NCBI GenBank assembly: GCA_040902515.1
Contig: JBBDXB010000006.1
Coordinates: 268,280 to 332,279, forward strand
Direction: 5' to 3'
Source of the DNA: Patescibacteria group bacterium
GTDB lineage: Bacteria > Patescibacteriota > SICC01
Length of the DNA stretch: 64,000 nt
Shown here: positions 10,113 through 18,368 of the stretch, piece by piece
How positions within the stretch are numbered: position 1 is the first letter of the stretch
Layout: every line of letters starts with the position of its first letter
The notes under the pieces: model-generated
The model's input: the letters and a program-made list of their open reading frames with translations, nothing else
What the model was told of the DNA's origin: nothing
The model's database searches: none
Translations under genes and position numbers: made by a program

Positions 10113-10430
10113 GTCCTGAGTGACTGCAAGCCGTTTCACGGCTGAAGTACGAGCCGCCTGGCTTGTAGCTCATTCCCATCTCATCCAAGGAGGATCCAGA
10201 TGCAGAAGATCACCCGGCTCCGCGGCCACCCGGCCACCGAGCCCACTGAGCCCACCGCGTTCTGCGACCACCACGGCACCGGCGACCTGACGGGCACGTA
10301 GCCCGCCGCCGCGCCTCCACGTGTCACGTATGCCCCGAACAATCAGCTGCGTGACAGGATGAGATGAGGAAACTCAAGCAGAGAGTTGCATGACGACCCC
10401 CGTCGCCCACCAACTCTCTGCCTCATCCTG
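10113..10430 (+). ncRNA. Putative structured RNA enclosing a small ORF
   Basis: Complementary pairs 10117-10132/10160-10172, 10177-10186/10357-10366, 10322-10330/10348-10356, 10378-10388/10411-10421. Confidence 0.5.
10200..10301 (+). CDS. 33-aa small protein MQKITRLRGHPATEPTEPTAFCDHHGTGDLTGT
   Basis: AAGGAGG SD 6 nt upstream of the ATG; GC3-rich codons. Confidence 0.55.
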   Translation: MQKITRLRGHPATEPTEPTAFCDHHGTGDLTGT

Positions 10431-10462
10431 CCTTAAGAACGGGACTTTGTTATCATGCGAAC

Positions 10463-10519
10463 ATGATCAGCCGAAGCAATGCGACGTTCTTTTGCTTCGC
10501 TCCGCCCCGCGGTGGCTGA
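10463..10519 (+). CDS. Putative attenuator leader peptide MISRSNATFFCFAPPRGG
   Basis: Extended -10 TGtTATCAT 6 nt upstream (leaderless); Phe cluster; stop codon lies inside the antiterminator arm. Confidence 0.55.
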   Translation: MISRSNATFFCFAPPRGG

Positions 10520-10545
10520 TTAGAGGTAGTTACTAAGCACTAATC

Positions 10546-10567
10546 GCCACCGGCCGGTGGCTTTTTT
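10546..10567 (+). terminator. Intrinsic terminator (attenuator)
   Basis: GCCACC-GGCC-GGTGGC followed by T6; its 5' arm can alternatively pair with 10511-10523. Confidence 0.8.
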
Positions 10568-10582
10568 GATGAAAGGAGGAAC

Positions 10583-10759
10583 ATGTGTGAGCAAGAAAGG
10601 TCTCTCGAAGAGGTGCTGGGACCCGAGAGCGAATGCAGCTCCGAAAGCGGTGATGAAGAAACCTGCGCGGAAACCAAATCGGCGGAGCTTCCCGTGGAGT
10701 ATCCTGCCGTGCAGCGGCCCCGGACGCCCGGCTACAAGGCACCGTGGGACTATCGGTAG
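10583..10759 (+). CDS. 58-aa acidic small protein ending PGYKAPWDYR
   Basis: AAAGGAGG SD directly after the terminator; open frame ATG..TAG. Confidence 0.6.
   Translation: MCEQERSLEEVLGPESECSSESGDEETCAETKSAELPVEYPAVQRPRTPGYKAPWDYR
10730..10749 (+). repeat. 20-bp direct repeat, copy 2
   Basis: Identical to 10040-10059. Confidence 0.95.
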
Positions 10760-10811
10760 CAGGAGGCTGCAGCACTTTGATACCGGCGGATTTACAATAG
10801 ACTGGAGATAC

Positions 10812-10898
10812 GGAGGAGTGCCGGAGCGGTCGAACGGGGCGGTCTCGAAAACCGTTAGGCCCGCAAGGGTCTCGGGGGTTCGAATCCCTCCTCCTCCG
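10812..10898 (+). tRNA. tRNA-Ser(CGA)
   Basis: GGAGGAG acceptor; anticodon loop CT-CGA-AA; long variable arm. Confidence 0.97.
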
Positions 10899-10954
10899 CA
10901 GGATAAAAGCGTCCAGGGCAACCCATGTGCTGTGGGATGGTAGGCTAATAGACC

Positions 10955-11563
10955 ATGAATAAGAAGCCTTCGATCGAAGGGGACCCGGCCACCTTCCCTG
11001 ATTCAACGGAAAGGGTTGATGAAGCAGGCGAATCGGTTACTGCGCTGGTGCCGAGAATCCTGGAAGGTCTGCAAATCACTCGATACCGCCTCAGGCGGTA
11101 TGTTCCGAAAACAGGTGATGAGTTTGATGAAGAAAAGGCGTTTAGCGACGTTTCCGGCTTCCGAGCTAATGTTGGAGCAATCGGACGAAGCCACGACCCT
11201 CGGGCCCTGGTATCTCTTTCGTCCAAGGTGGAGGTCGTGGGAGATACTCGGCATTTACCATTACTGGATTTCTCAAACACACGAATACCTGATTTGGATA
11301 TCTCTGATGTAGAAGAGGTGTTAATAGGGCTTGGTCAAAGGCGGGGTTTCATTCTTCATTCGGGAAGATGCTTCCATTACTACGGCCTTGATCTCCTGCG
11401 TGAGTCTGAATGGAGCGAATTGATGATGCAGTCCGCGGAACAGCCGGCGATAGGAGAACGGTACATTCAGCGTCAATTGTCTCGCGGCGCCTCCTACTTG
11501 CGGCAAAATACCGGCCCCACCAGACCCTGTTTACCTTATGTAGTTAAGGTATTGGAAGGCTGA
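10955..11563 (+). CDS. Hypothetical protein, archaeo-eukaryotic primase (AEP)-like
   Basis: HLPLLDF and ILHSGRCFHYYG resemble AEP motifs I and II; visibly lower GC. Confidence 0.55.
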   Translation: MNKKPSIEGDPATFPDSTERVDEAGESVTALVPRILEGLQITRYRLRRYVPKTGDEFDEEKAFSDVSGFRANVGAIGRSHDPRALVSLSSKVEVVGDTRHLPLLDFSNTRIPDLDISDVEEVLIGLGQRRGFILHSGRCFHYYGLDLLRESEWSELMMQSAEQPAIGERYIQRQLSRGASYLRQNTGPTRPCLPYVVKVLEG

Positions 11564-11726
11564 TAGGAGGAGCGGGCGGCCAAATTGCGTAATCTATCCA
11601 CCTGTATTCCAGAATCCGACCTCTCAGAAACCCCTTGGAAGCCTTACAATAAAACCCGTCGGGGGTTCCTGACCCGACTGCTCCGCAGGTATCCTTAAGG
11701 TGTTCTCTTTGGAGAACGCTTAACAC

Positions 11727-11816
11727 GGAGGGGTACCCAAGTGGCTTAAGGGGCGGGATTGCTAATCCTGTAGGTCGGCATTAGCCGGCGCGAGAGTTCG
11801 AATCTCTCCCCCTCCG
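11727..11816 (+). tRNA. tRNA-Ser(GCU)
   Basis: GGAGGGG acceptor; anticodon loop TT-GCT-AA; long variable arm. Confidence 0.96.
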
Positions 11817-11838
11817 CAGTGTCTGGAGCATATGAAGC

Positions 11839-11866
11839 AAGGAACCCGCCGATCGGCGGGTTCCTT
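11839..11866. terminator. Bidirectional terminator-like palindrome
   Basis: AAGGAACCCGCC-GATC-GGCGGGTTCCTT between convergent genes. Confidence 0.8.
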
Positions 11867-11887
11867 CGTTAGGCATCTCTGCGGTTC

Positions 11888-12490
11888 CTAGGTAATATCC
11901 CCGCTGCTGCCATCACTGGCGTTCACCCAGGTGCCGTGTTGGCCACCCCGATAAATCCATCCCCACCAGTCGTAGCTGAATCCGTACCCCGGTTCGAAGT
12001 ACTGGTCGATCCAGTTCACGTTGCCGGGACAGGAGCCGGCGATGGTGCAATCATGGTCGATCACGCCGACGTTGCCGCGAGTCGGCCAGGCGGGAACCGT
12101 AAGCAGGTCACCGCTGATGGTGGCGCGATAACCGCCCTGGAAGGTGCCGCCCTCATCACCGTCGAGCGGCTCGGTATTGCCCGGTGATTGCTGGCCCGCT
12201 TCAGCATCGAACTGACCCTGGTAGCTGACCACGGCGCAGTAAGTGCCGTCACCCTGATCCCACAGTTGGATCTGGCGGTTGTAGTCGATGAAGGCCCAGT
12301 AGCCGCCGAAACCGGAGTCGATCGAATTGACGACCTTGTGTGTGACATTCACGACGGGTTTGCCCTTCGTGTCACACTGTCCGGCACTGGTCTCAGGGCC
12401 CCAATTGAGCGTAGGCGGAGCTGCCAGAGCCGGCGTAGCCAGCAACACGAGCGCGATGACCGATATGAAGGAAATGACTGTTCTTATCAT
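11888..12490 (-). CDS. Secreted hypothetical protein
   Basis: Signal peptide (ALA cleavage site), AAGGAGGTG SD, Trp/Gly/Cys-rich. Confidence 0.75.
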   Translation of the reverse strand: MIRTVISFISVIALVLLATPALAAPPTLNWGPETSAGQCDTKGKPVVNVTHKVVNSIDSGFGGYWAFIDYNRQIQLWDQGDGTYCAVVSYQGQFDAEAGQQSPGNTEPLDGDEGGTFQGGYRATISGDLLTVPAWPTRGNVGVIDHDCTIAGSCPGNVNWIDQYFEPGYGFSYDWWGWIYRGGQHGTWVNASDGSSGDIT

Positions 12491-12579
12491 GCGCAGTTCA
12501 CCTCCTTCCCCATGCAGTACGTCATGTAAGGCGGAGTATACCAGAACGTCCGCTGTGCTTGATATGGAACGGGCGAAAC

Positions 12580-12726
12580 TCAGGCTTCTTGCCGCACCTG
12601 ATGCGCCAGCAGGCCGATCAGTTCTTCCTCGGTATGCTCGCGTTCGTTGGCCGGCGTCTCATTGAACCGCCTGAGCTGCTCGATCGCGTCCTCGATCGGA
12701 TCGTACTGTTTCACGTAGAAGTTCAT
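12580..12726 (-). CDS. Small hypothetical protein (48 aa)
   Basis: ATGA overlap with the upstream gene's stop. Confidence 0.5.
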   Translation of the reverse strand: MNFYVKQYDPIEDAIEQLRRFNETPANEREHTEEELIGLLAHQVRQEA

Positions 12727-13139
12727 CGCGTGGCCAATCCGTTGACGATCCGGAAACGGAGCACCCTTGTCAGCGTGTCGTTGAACGCCGTCCGGTCGCG
12801 CACCAGCGTCGACGTCAGCAGGTCCTCCAAGCGGAGGATGTTCCCCGCGGCAGCATCGCGCAACCCGCGGTCGTCCGGCCGCAGGTTGAGCTCCAGGAGC
12901 TGCCGGTACGGTACGTCGGTCAGCTGGCTCCACGCCTCTTCCGACACCAGCGACTGCAGCCGCGGATACGTCTCGTAGACCGCCTGCAGTTCGTCCGTGA
13001 GCCGGAGCAGATCCACCAGGTGGCGCTTCACGAACGCGTCATCGACCCGGAACGGCGGGTCGATCCCGGCCCGGCACCGCTTGGAGCCGGTCTTGGCTCC
13101 ATTCGCCTTGGCTGATTTGGGGGTGATATCTCGCTTCAT
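12723..13139 (-). CDS. Hypothetical protein
   Basis: ORF preceded by TTGACA-N17-TATTCT and a GGAG SD. Confidence 0.6.
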   Translation of the reverse strand: MKRDITPKSAKANGAKTGSKRCRAGIDPPFRVDDAFVKRHLVDLLRLTDELQAVYETYPRLQSLVSEEAWSQLTDVPYRQLLELNLRPDDRGLRDAAAGNILRLEDLLTSTLVRDRTAFNDTLTRVLRFRIVNGLATR

Positions 13140-13189
13140 GGAAAACTCCATAGCTACCGAGAATAGGGACAAGAAACCCCTTTGTCAAG

Positions 13190-14215
13190 CTAATATTCGA
13201 CCGCTAGCTGTAATTTCCGGCGTGCCCGTTGCATGGCATTATCAACGGCCTTGTGATCGATCCCCAGCACTTCGCCGATTTCCGTATAGTTATGCCCGAC
13301 GTAATGCCCTATGATCACCCCCGACTCCACGTCGGTGAGGCGGGAGCGGGCTGCCCCGAATACATCCCTCACCAAACGCCTCTGTTCGATTATCTCATCC
13401 GGCTCCAGCACCTTCGAATCCGCGAGCACGTCCGACAAGGGTATTTCCTCCCCGTCCGAGTAGGTACCGACGGGTTGGCGGAACGACCTGGCCTCGTTGA
13501 CCGGCAAGTGCTTGTCCCGCGTGGCGGTCTTCACGGCGGTGATGACCTGACGATACATAGCCAGCTCGGCGAATGTCACGAAGCCCGCTTTTCCCGAACG
13601 CCTGTAGTCCCGAACGGCCTTCAACAGCCCGTAGCGGGCCTCCTGAGCGATGTCGTCCTTGCTGAGACCGGGGGCGAAATACGTATGTGCCAACCGGTCG
13701 ACAGATGCCTGCATCCGTTCGGCCAGTGCTTCGAACGCATCCTCGTTTCCTTCGAGCGCCCGCGTTACGAGCATCTCGTTACGCCGGTTGTCCGCAGAAA
13801 ACCCGGCGTCCGGTACGGCCGACTTTCCGGGAGGAGCCTGGGTGGCTTCCTGCCAATGGCGCTCCGCCAAGTCTGCCAGCCTCGACACGTACCCTTCCGC
13901 CGCACCGCTTTCCGCCGCTTCAAGAACCATGTTCGGAGCGGCTTCGAGCACTTCCTGCTTGCTGACCGTCTCCTTTTTCACATGGTAATAGCCGACGATC
14001 AGCGGGACGCCGATCGCCGTGCGTACCAATTCGTTCGCGGCTTCCGGACTGCCCGCCCGGTATTCCCGGAGCGCGGCCTCGATATCCTCGTGTTCCAGCG
14101 CACCGGTCATGGACTTCCTGAGGAAGTCGCCCAGCGCCTTGTCAAAGAACGGCGCTGCCTTCTCGGGAATGAAAACCGGCTCCCCCTGCTCGACTTGGTC
14201 TGCTTGTGCTTTCAT
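13190..14215 (-). CDS. Sigma-70 family factor, SigH-like, with N-terminal extension
   Basis: YFAPG..DDIAQE..GLLKAVRDY..FVTFAEL..RQVITAVKTATRDKH..N and KAVDNAMQRARRKL match Firmicutes SigH signatures. Confidence 0.85.
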   Translation of the reverse strand: MKAQADQVEQGEPVFIPEKAAPFFDKALGDFLRKSMTGALEHEDIEAALREYRAGSPEAANELVRTAIGVPLIVGYYHVKKETVSKQEVLEAAPNMVLEAAESGAAEGYVSRLADLAERHWQEATQAPPGKSAVPDAGFSADNRRNEMLVTRALEGNEDAFEALAERMQASVDRLAHTYFAPGLSKDDIAQEARYGLLKAVRDYRRSGKAGFVTFAELAMYRQVITAVKTATRDKHLPVNEARSFRQPVGTYSDGEEIPLSDVLADSKVLEPDEIIEQRRLVRDVFGAARSRLTDVESGVIIGHYVGHNYTEIGEVLGIDHKAVDNAMQRARRKLQLAVEY

Positions 14216-14318
14216 GATCCGTAACGGATGACTGGTTATTATGACACACCTTTCCCGGATGTTCAGGCGTGCCGGATCGTGCGCGTTTCGAACCCCTAAG
14301 CGGTACACTGGTAAGGTC

Positions 14319-15647
14319 ATGCGAGCCGAAACAGAGATCTTCCGGGCATACGATATCCGGGGAATCGTCCCGGACCAGCTGGACGAGGCCGGTGCCGAGC
14401 AGGTCGGTCGCGCCTTTGCGGCGTACTTGCAGCCGAAGCAGGTCGTGGTCGGTCGCGACGTCCGCACGACCGGAGCGGCATTCCAAGCGGCGGTCATCAA
14501 AGGCCTGACCGCTTCCGGCGTGGACGTGCTCGACATCGGCCGGGTCTCGACGGACCAGTACTACTTCGCCTGCAGCCGGCACGCCGCTCCCGGCATCATG
14601 GTCACCGCTTCGCACAATCCGCCCGAGTACAACGGCTTCAAGATGGTACGCAAGATGCCGGAACTGGTTCCCGTGAAGGAGTTCCGGTCATGGGTACTCG
14701 AGAAGCGGTACGAGGATGCCGCAAAGCCCGGCGCCGTCACGACCGAGGACACGCTGGACGCCTTCGTGGGCCGAATGCTGGAGCTCATTCCTCCGGCCCG
14801 GCTGAAACCGCTGAAAGTCGTGGTCGACACCTCGAGCGGCTCCCAGGGTGCCGCCTGGGAAAAACTTCGGGAACGTCTGCCGCTTGAGATCGTCCCGCTG
14901 TTCTGGGAGCCGGACGGAACCTTCCCCGGACATCCGAACGACGTGATCCAGCCGGAAGCCAAGGAGCCGCTGCGGAAGAAGGTGCTCGAAGAGAAAGCGG
15001 ACCTCGGCCTGATCTTCGACCCCGACGGCGACCGCTGCCTGGCGGTCGATGACGAAGGCCGGGACATTCCCGGCGACTACCTGACCGCGCTCCTCGCCAA
15101 GACGATGCTCAAGCACGCCCCCGCCAGTACGGTCGTATACGACATCCGAGCCAGCGACGCCGTCCCCGACGCCATCCGGGAAGCCGGCGGCACGCCGCTG
15201 GCCTGGAAGGTCGGGCATACGCACATCAAGCCGAAGATGATGGAACACGACGCCGTCTTCGGCGGCGAAGTCTCCGGTCACTTTTATTTCCGGGACTTCG
15301 GCTACGCCGACTGCGGCATCCTGGCCGGACTGGTCATCCTCGAGTACGTGAGCGGCCTCCCCGGTCCGCTCAGCGACGAACGGAAGCGCCTGGAGTCGAG
15401 CTACTCTCTGAGCGGTGAACTCAACTCGAAGGTCGCCGATGTGCCGGCCGTCCTGGCCCGGATCAAGGAACGGTACGCCGACGGCAAAATCGACGAGCTG
15501 GACGGCATCGCCGTCCGCTACCCCGACTGGCACTTCGTCGTGCGGCCGTCCAATACGGAGCCGGTGATCCGCCTGACGCTCGAAGCGGCATCCCGGAAGC
15601 TCATGGAGCGGAAGCGGGACGAGGTCCTTGCCCTGATCCGGCAATGA
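14319..15647 (+). CDS. Phosphomannomutase/phosphoglucomutase
   Basis: FRAYDIRG, TASHNP, DPDGDR, GEVSGH, RPSNTEP. Confidence 0.96.
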   Translation: MRAETEIFRAYDIRGIVPDQLDEAGAEQVGRAFAAYLQPKQVVVGRDVRTTGAAFQAAVIKGLTASGVDVLDIGRVSTDQYYFACSRHAAPGIMVTASHNPPEYNGFKMVRKMPELVPVKEFRSWVLEKRYEDAAKPGAVTTEDTLDAFVGRMLELIPPARLKPLKVVVDTSSGSQGAAWEKLRERLPLEIVPLFWEPDGTFPGHPNDVIQPEAKEPLRKKVLEEKADLGLIFDPDGDRCLAVDDEGRDIPGDYLTALLAKTMLKHAPASTVVYDIRASDAVPDAIREAGGTPLAWKVGHTHIKPKMMEHDAVFGGEVSGHFYFRDFGYADCGILAGLVILEYVSGLPGPLSDERKRLESSYSLSGELNSKVADVPAVLARIKERYADGKIDELDGIAVRYPDWHFVVRPSNTEPVIRLTLEAASRKLMERKRDEVLALIRQ

Positions 15648-15716
15648 ACGCCGGCGGCCTATCCCCGTCCGCACGGTACCTAGAAGCTCCCGCAGCTAAG
15701 CGCTAGGATAGAGTCT

Positions 15717-17597
15717 ATGGTCAAGCCCCAAACCACCGCCGGCATCGATTACGGCATCATCGGCAACTGCGAGACCGCGGCGCTGGTATCCAAGGACGCC
15801 AGCATCGACTGGTTCTGCTTCCCGCGGTTCGATTCGCCGTCCGCGTTCGGGAAGCTCCTCGATGAAAAGCAGGGCGGCTCCTTCTCGCTCCGGCCGGTCG
15901 GCAAGAAGTTCTGGTCCAAACAGGAGTACATGGAGAACACGAACGTCCTGGTGACCACGTTCGTTTCCGACGAGGCCGAGGTCGAGGTGACCGACTTCAT
16001 GCCGATCTTCGCCGAACCGTATCGCACCCGCCCGCTCCAGCGGCTCTGCCGCCGGGTGAAGGTGCTCCGCGGCACGGCGGACGTCGAGATGATCATGGAA
16101 CCGGCCTTCGACTACGCCCGGATCCGGCCGAAGTTCGAGTTCCGGAGCGGCGTCTGGCTCGCCCGCGGCGAGGGACAGACGTTCATCCTGTCCGCCAGCA
16201 CCCCGGTGGTAGACGCCTACGACGAGAAGCGTGACCGCCTGGAAAAGACGTTCAGGCTCAAGGAGGGCGAGCTGGTGGACTTCGTGCTCGGCTACCGCAA
16301 AAACCTCTTCGACGTGACCCAGTTCGACGGCAACGTCGACAACTCCGACGTGCTGGCCAAGACCGTCCACTTCTGGCGGCAGTGGCTCTGGAAGCTGGAA
16401 TACCAGGGGCCGTACCTGGAGACGGTCCGGCGGTCAGCCCTGGCGCTCAAGCTCCTTACCTACGCACCGTCCGGTGCCGTGGTCGCCGCGGTCACGACCT
16501 CACTTCCGGAGGACGTGGGCTCCAACCGCACCTGGGACTACCGGTACTGCTGGCTGCGCGACGCGTCGTTCACCGTGGACGCGCTCTTCAAGGTCGGGCT
16601 GTTTGCCGAGGCGCTCGCGTTCATGCACTTCCTGCGCGAGACCATCTCCCAGAGCGGCCCGGAGATCCAGATCATGTACCGGGTGGACGGCGCCGAGGAG
16701 ATGACCGAGCTCGAGCTCGACCACCTGGCCGGTTACAAGCACAGCCTGCCGGTCCGGGTCGGTAACCGCGCCGCCAACCAGCTCCAGCTGGATGCGTTCG
16801 GCGAGGTGATCGACGTGGCCGCGGTGGTCTTCGAGGAGAAGCACTACCTCTCGCCCGACATGTGGAACACGCTGAGCGAAGTGGTCGAGGTCATCTGCAA
16901 GTTCTGGCGGGAACCCGACAACGGCATCTGGGAATTCCACGACGAGAAGTTCAAGCTCAACTACACCGCCTCGAAGGTGCAGGCCTGGGTCGCGATGGAC
17001 CGCGGCGTGCGGCTGGCCCGGCGGATGAAGGACGAGGAGCGCGCCGCCCGCTGGGTCAAGGTGCGGGACGAGATCAAGGACGACATCCTCACCCACGGTT
17101 GGAATGAGGAGAAGCAGTCGTTCACGATTGCGTACGAACGGGACGAACTGGATGCGGCGATCCTGCACATGCCGCTGTTCGGCTTCATCAGTGCCAAGGA
17201 CCCGAAGATGAAGAAAACGGTGAAGCGGATGCTCAAGGAACTTTCCAGCGGCGACTTCATCCGGCGCTACAACATGATCGACGACCAGGGTGACACCAAG
17301 GCCGCGATGATCATCTGCAACCTCTGGCTAGCACAGGTGCTCGCGATGCAGGGCGAGGTGGACGAGGCCCGCCGGCGCTTCGAGCTGATCCTGGAGCACG
17401 GCAACCATCTCCGGCTGTTCTCGGAGAACATCAATCCGGAGAACGGCGAGCTGACCGGAAACTTCCCGCAGGCCTATACGCACATCGCGATCATCCAAAC
17501 CGCGCTGACGCTCGAGGCGGCAAAGCCGAAGAAGCGGAAGAAGGTCGGCGTCACCGAGACCGGCGAGGGCCGGGCACGTTCGAACCCGGCGGTCTGA
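15717..17597 (+). CDS. Glycoside hydrolase family 15 (trehalase/glucoamylase-like)
   Basis: IIGNCETAALV, WDYRYCWLRD, QLDAFGE, GNFPQAYTH. Confidence 0.95.
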   Translation: MVKPQTTAGIDYGIIGNCETAALVSKDASIDWFCFPRFDSPSAFGKLLDEKQGGSFSLRPVGKKFWSKQEYMENTNVLVTTFVSDEAEVEVTDFMPIFAEPYRTRPLQRLCRRVKVLRGTADVEMIMEPAFDYARIRPKFEFRSGVWLARGEGQTFILSASTPVVDAYDEKRDRLEKTFRLKEGELVDFVLGYRKNLFDVTQFDGNVDNSDVLAKTVHFWRQWLWKLEYQGPYLETVRRSALALKLLTYAPSGAVVAAVTTSLPEDVGSNRTWDYRYCWLRDASFTVDALFKVGLFAEALAFMHFLRETISQSGPEIQIMYRVDGAEEMTELELDHLAGYKHSLPVRVGNRAANQLQLDAFGEVIDVAAVVFEEKHYLSPDMWNTLSEVVEVICKFWREPDNGIWEFHDEKFKLNYTASKVQAWVAMDRGVRLARRMKDEERAARWVKVRDEIKDDILTHGWNEEKQSFTIAYERDELDAAILHMPLFGFISAKDPKMKKTVKRMLKELSSGDFIRRYNMIDDQGDTKAAMIICNLWLAQVLAMQGEVDEARRRFELILEHGNHLRLFSENINPENGELTGNFPQAYTHIAIIQTALTLEAAKPKKRKKVGVTETGEGRARSNPAV

Positions 17598-18368
17598 CTA
17601 CGTGGCGAGGTCGAATTCGAGGATCATCGGGAGATGATCCGAGATTGGCACATCCGGAACTTCGAACGAGCGGACCTGCACGCCCGGGGTTACCAACGTA
17701 TAGTCGGCGAATCGATCCGATCTCTTGTAGAGCGCGCTGCGGGTAGTTTGAATGTCAAAATCAGCGATCAGATTACGGTAGCCCTGTTCAAGCATCCGTA
17801 AGCTTTCGGTACCCGGGTTGAGGTTCAGGTCTCCGCACAGTATCTTCTCGCCGGGCTGTGCATCGAGAAACTCCCGTATCCGGCGCGATTGAATCAGGCG
17901 TTCTTCCGTATCGGTTTTTCCGATGTTGGGCACCCAGAGTCCGTGGAGCGTGGAGATCGTGAGCGGCTTGCCGGACAGAGCCGGCTTCACATTCAGCAGG
18001 TGCTTGGTCTCGTGGTAGGGATGGTCCGAGCTGTCGTTGTTTTCCAGGAGCACCACATGGGAAAATTCCGGCTTCAGCGACGTTTGGGCGAAAATCGCAC
18101 TGCCAAATGAAAGGTCATACGGTACCGGGCTGCGATCGATCGCAAACCCGACCTGCCCGGGAATGTAGTACGGCTCGAATGACGGGAGCGCCTGCTTGAG
18201 CTCATCAAGCAGGTTCAGTCGGAACTCGCCGTCGGAAACCTTGCCGGCGGAATTATTGAACACCTCCTGAAAGCAGAAAAGGTCCGTATAGGGAGCATGG
18301 GTCTTGATGAATTCGAGTAGCGGGTCGAGCTCATGTCCGCCCCACGCGTTCAGACAGACGAGCTTCAC
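17598..18368 (-). CDS. Endonuclease/exonuclease/phosphatase family protein
   Basis: LN, CFQEV, GDLN, DY and SDHLP motifs. Confidence 0.92.
   Translation of the reverse strand: MKLVCLNAWGGHELDPLLEFIKTHAPYTDLFCFQEVFNNSAGKVSDGEFRLNLLDELKQALPSFEPYYIPGQVGFAIDRSPVPYDLSFGSAIFAQTSLKPEFSHVVLLENNDSSDHPYHETKHLLNVKPALSGKPLTISTLHGLWVPNIGKTDTEERLIQSRRIREFLDAQPGEKILCGDLNLNPGTESLRMLEQGYRNLIADFDIQTTRSALYKRSDRFADYTLVTPGVQVRSFEVPDVPISDHLPMILEFDLAT

Noticed and set aside
10355-10440. GAGGAAACTC resembling the RNase P RNA conserved region; tmRNA also considered
   Set aside because: No matching 3' P4 strand, no tRNA-like ends and no ANDN..AA-type tag
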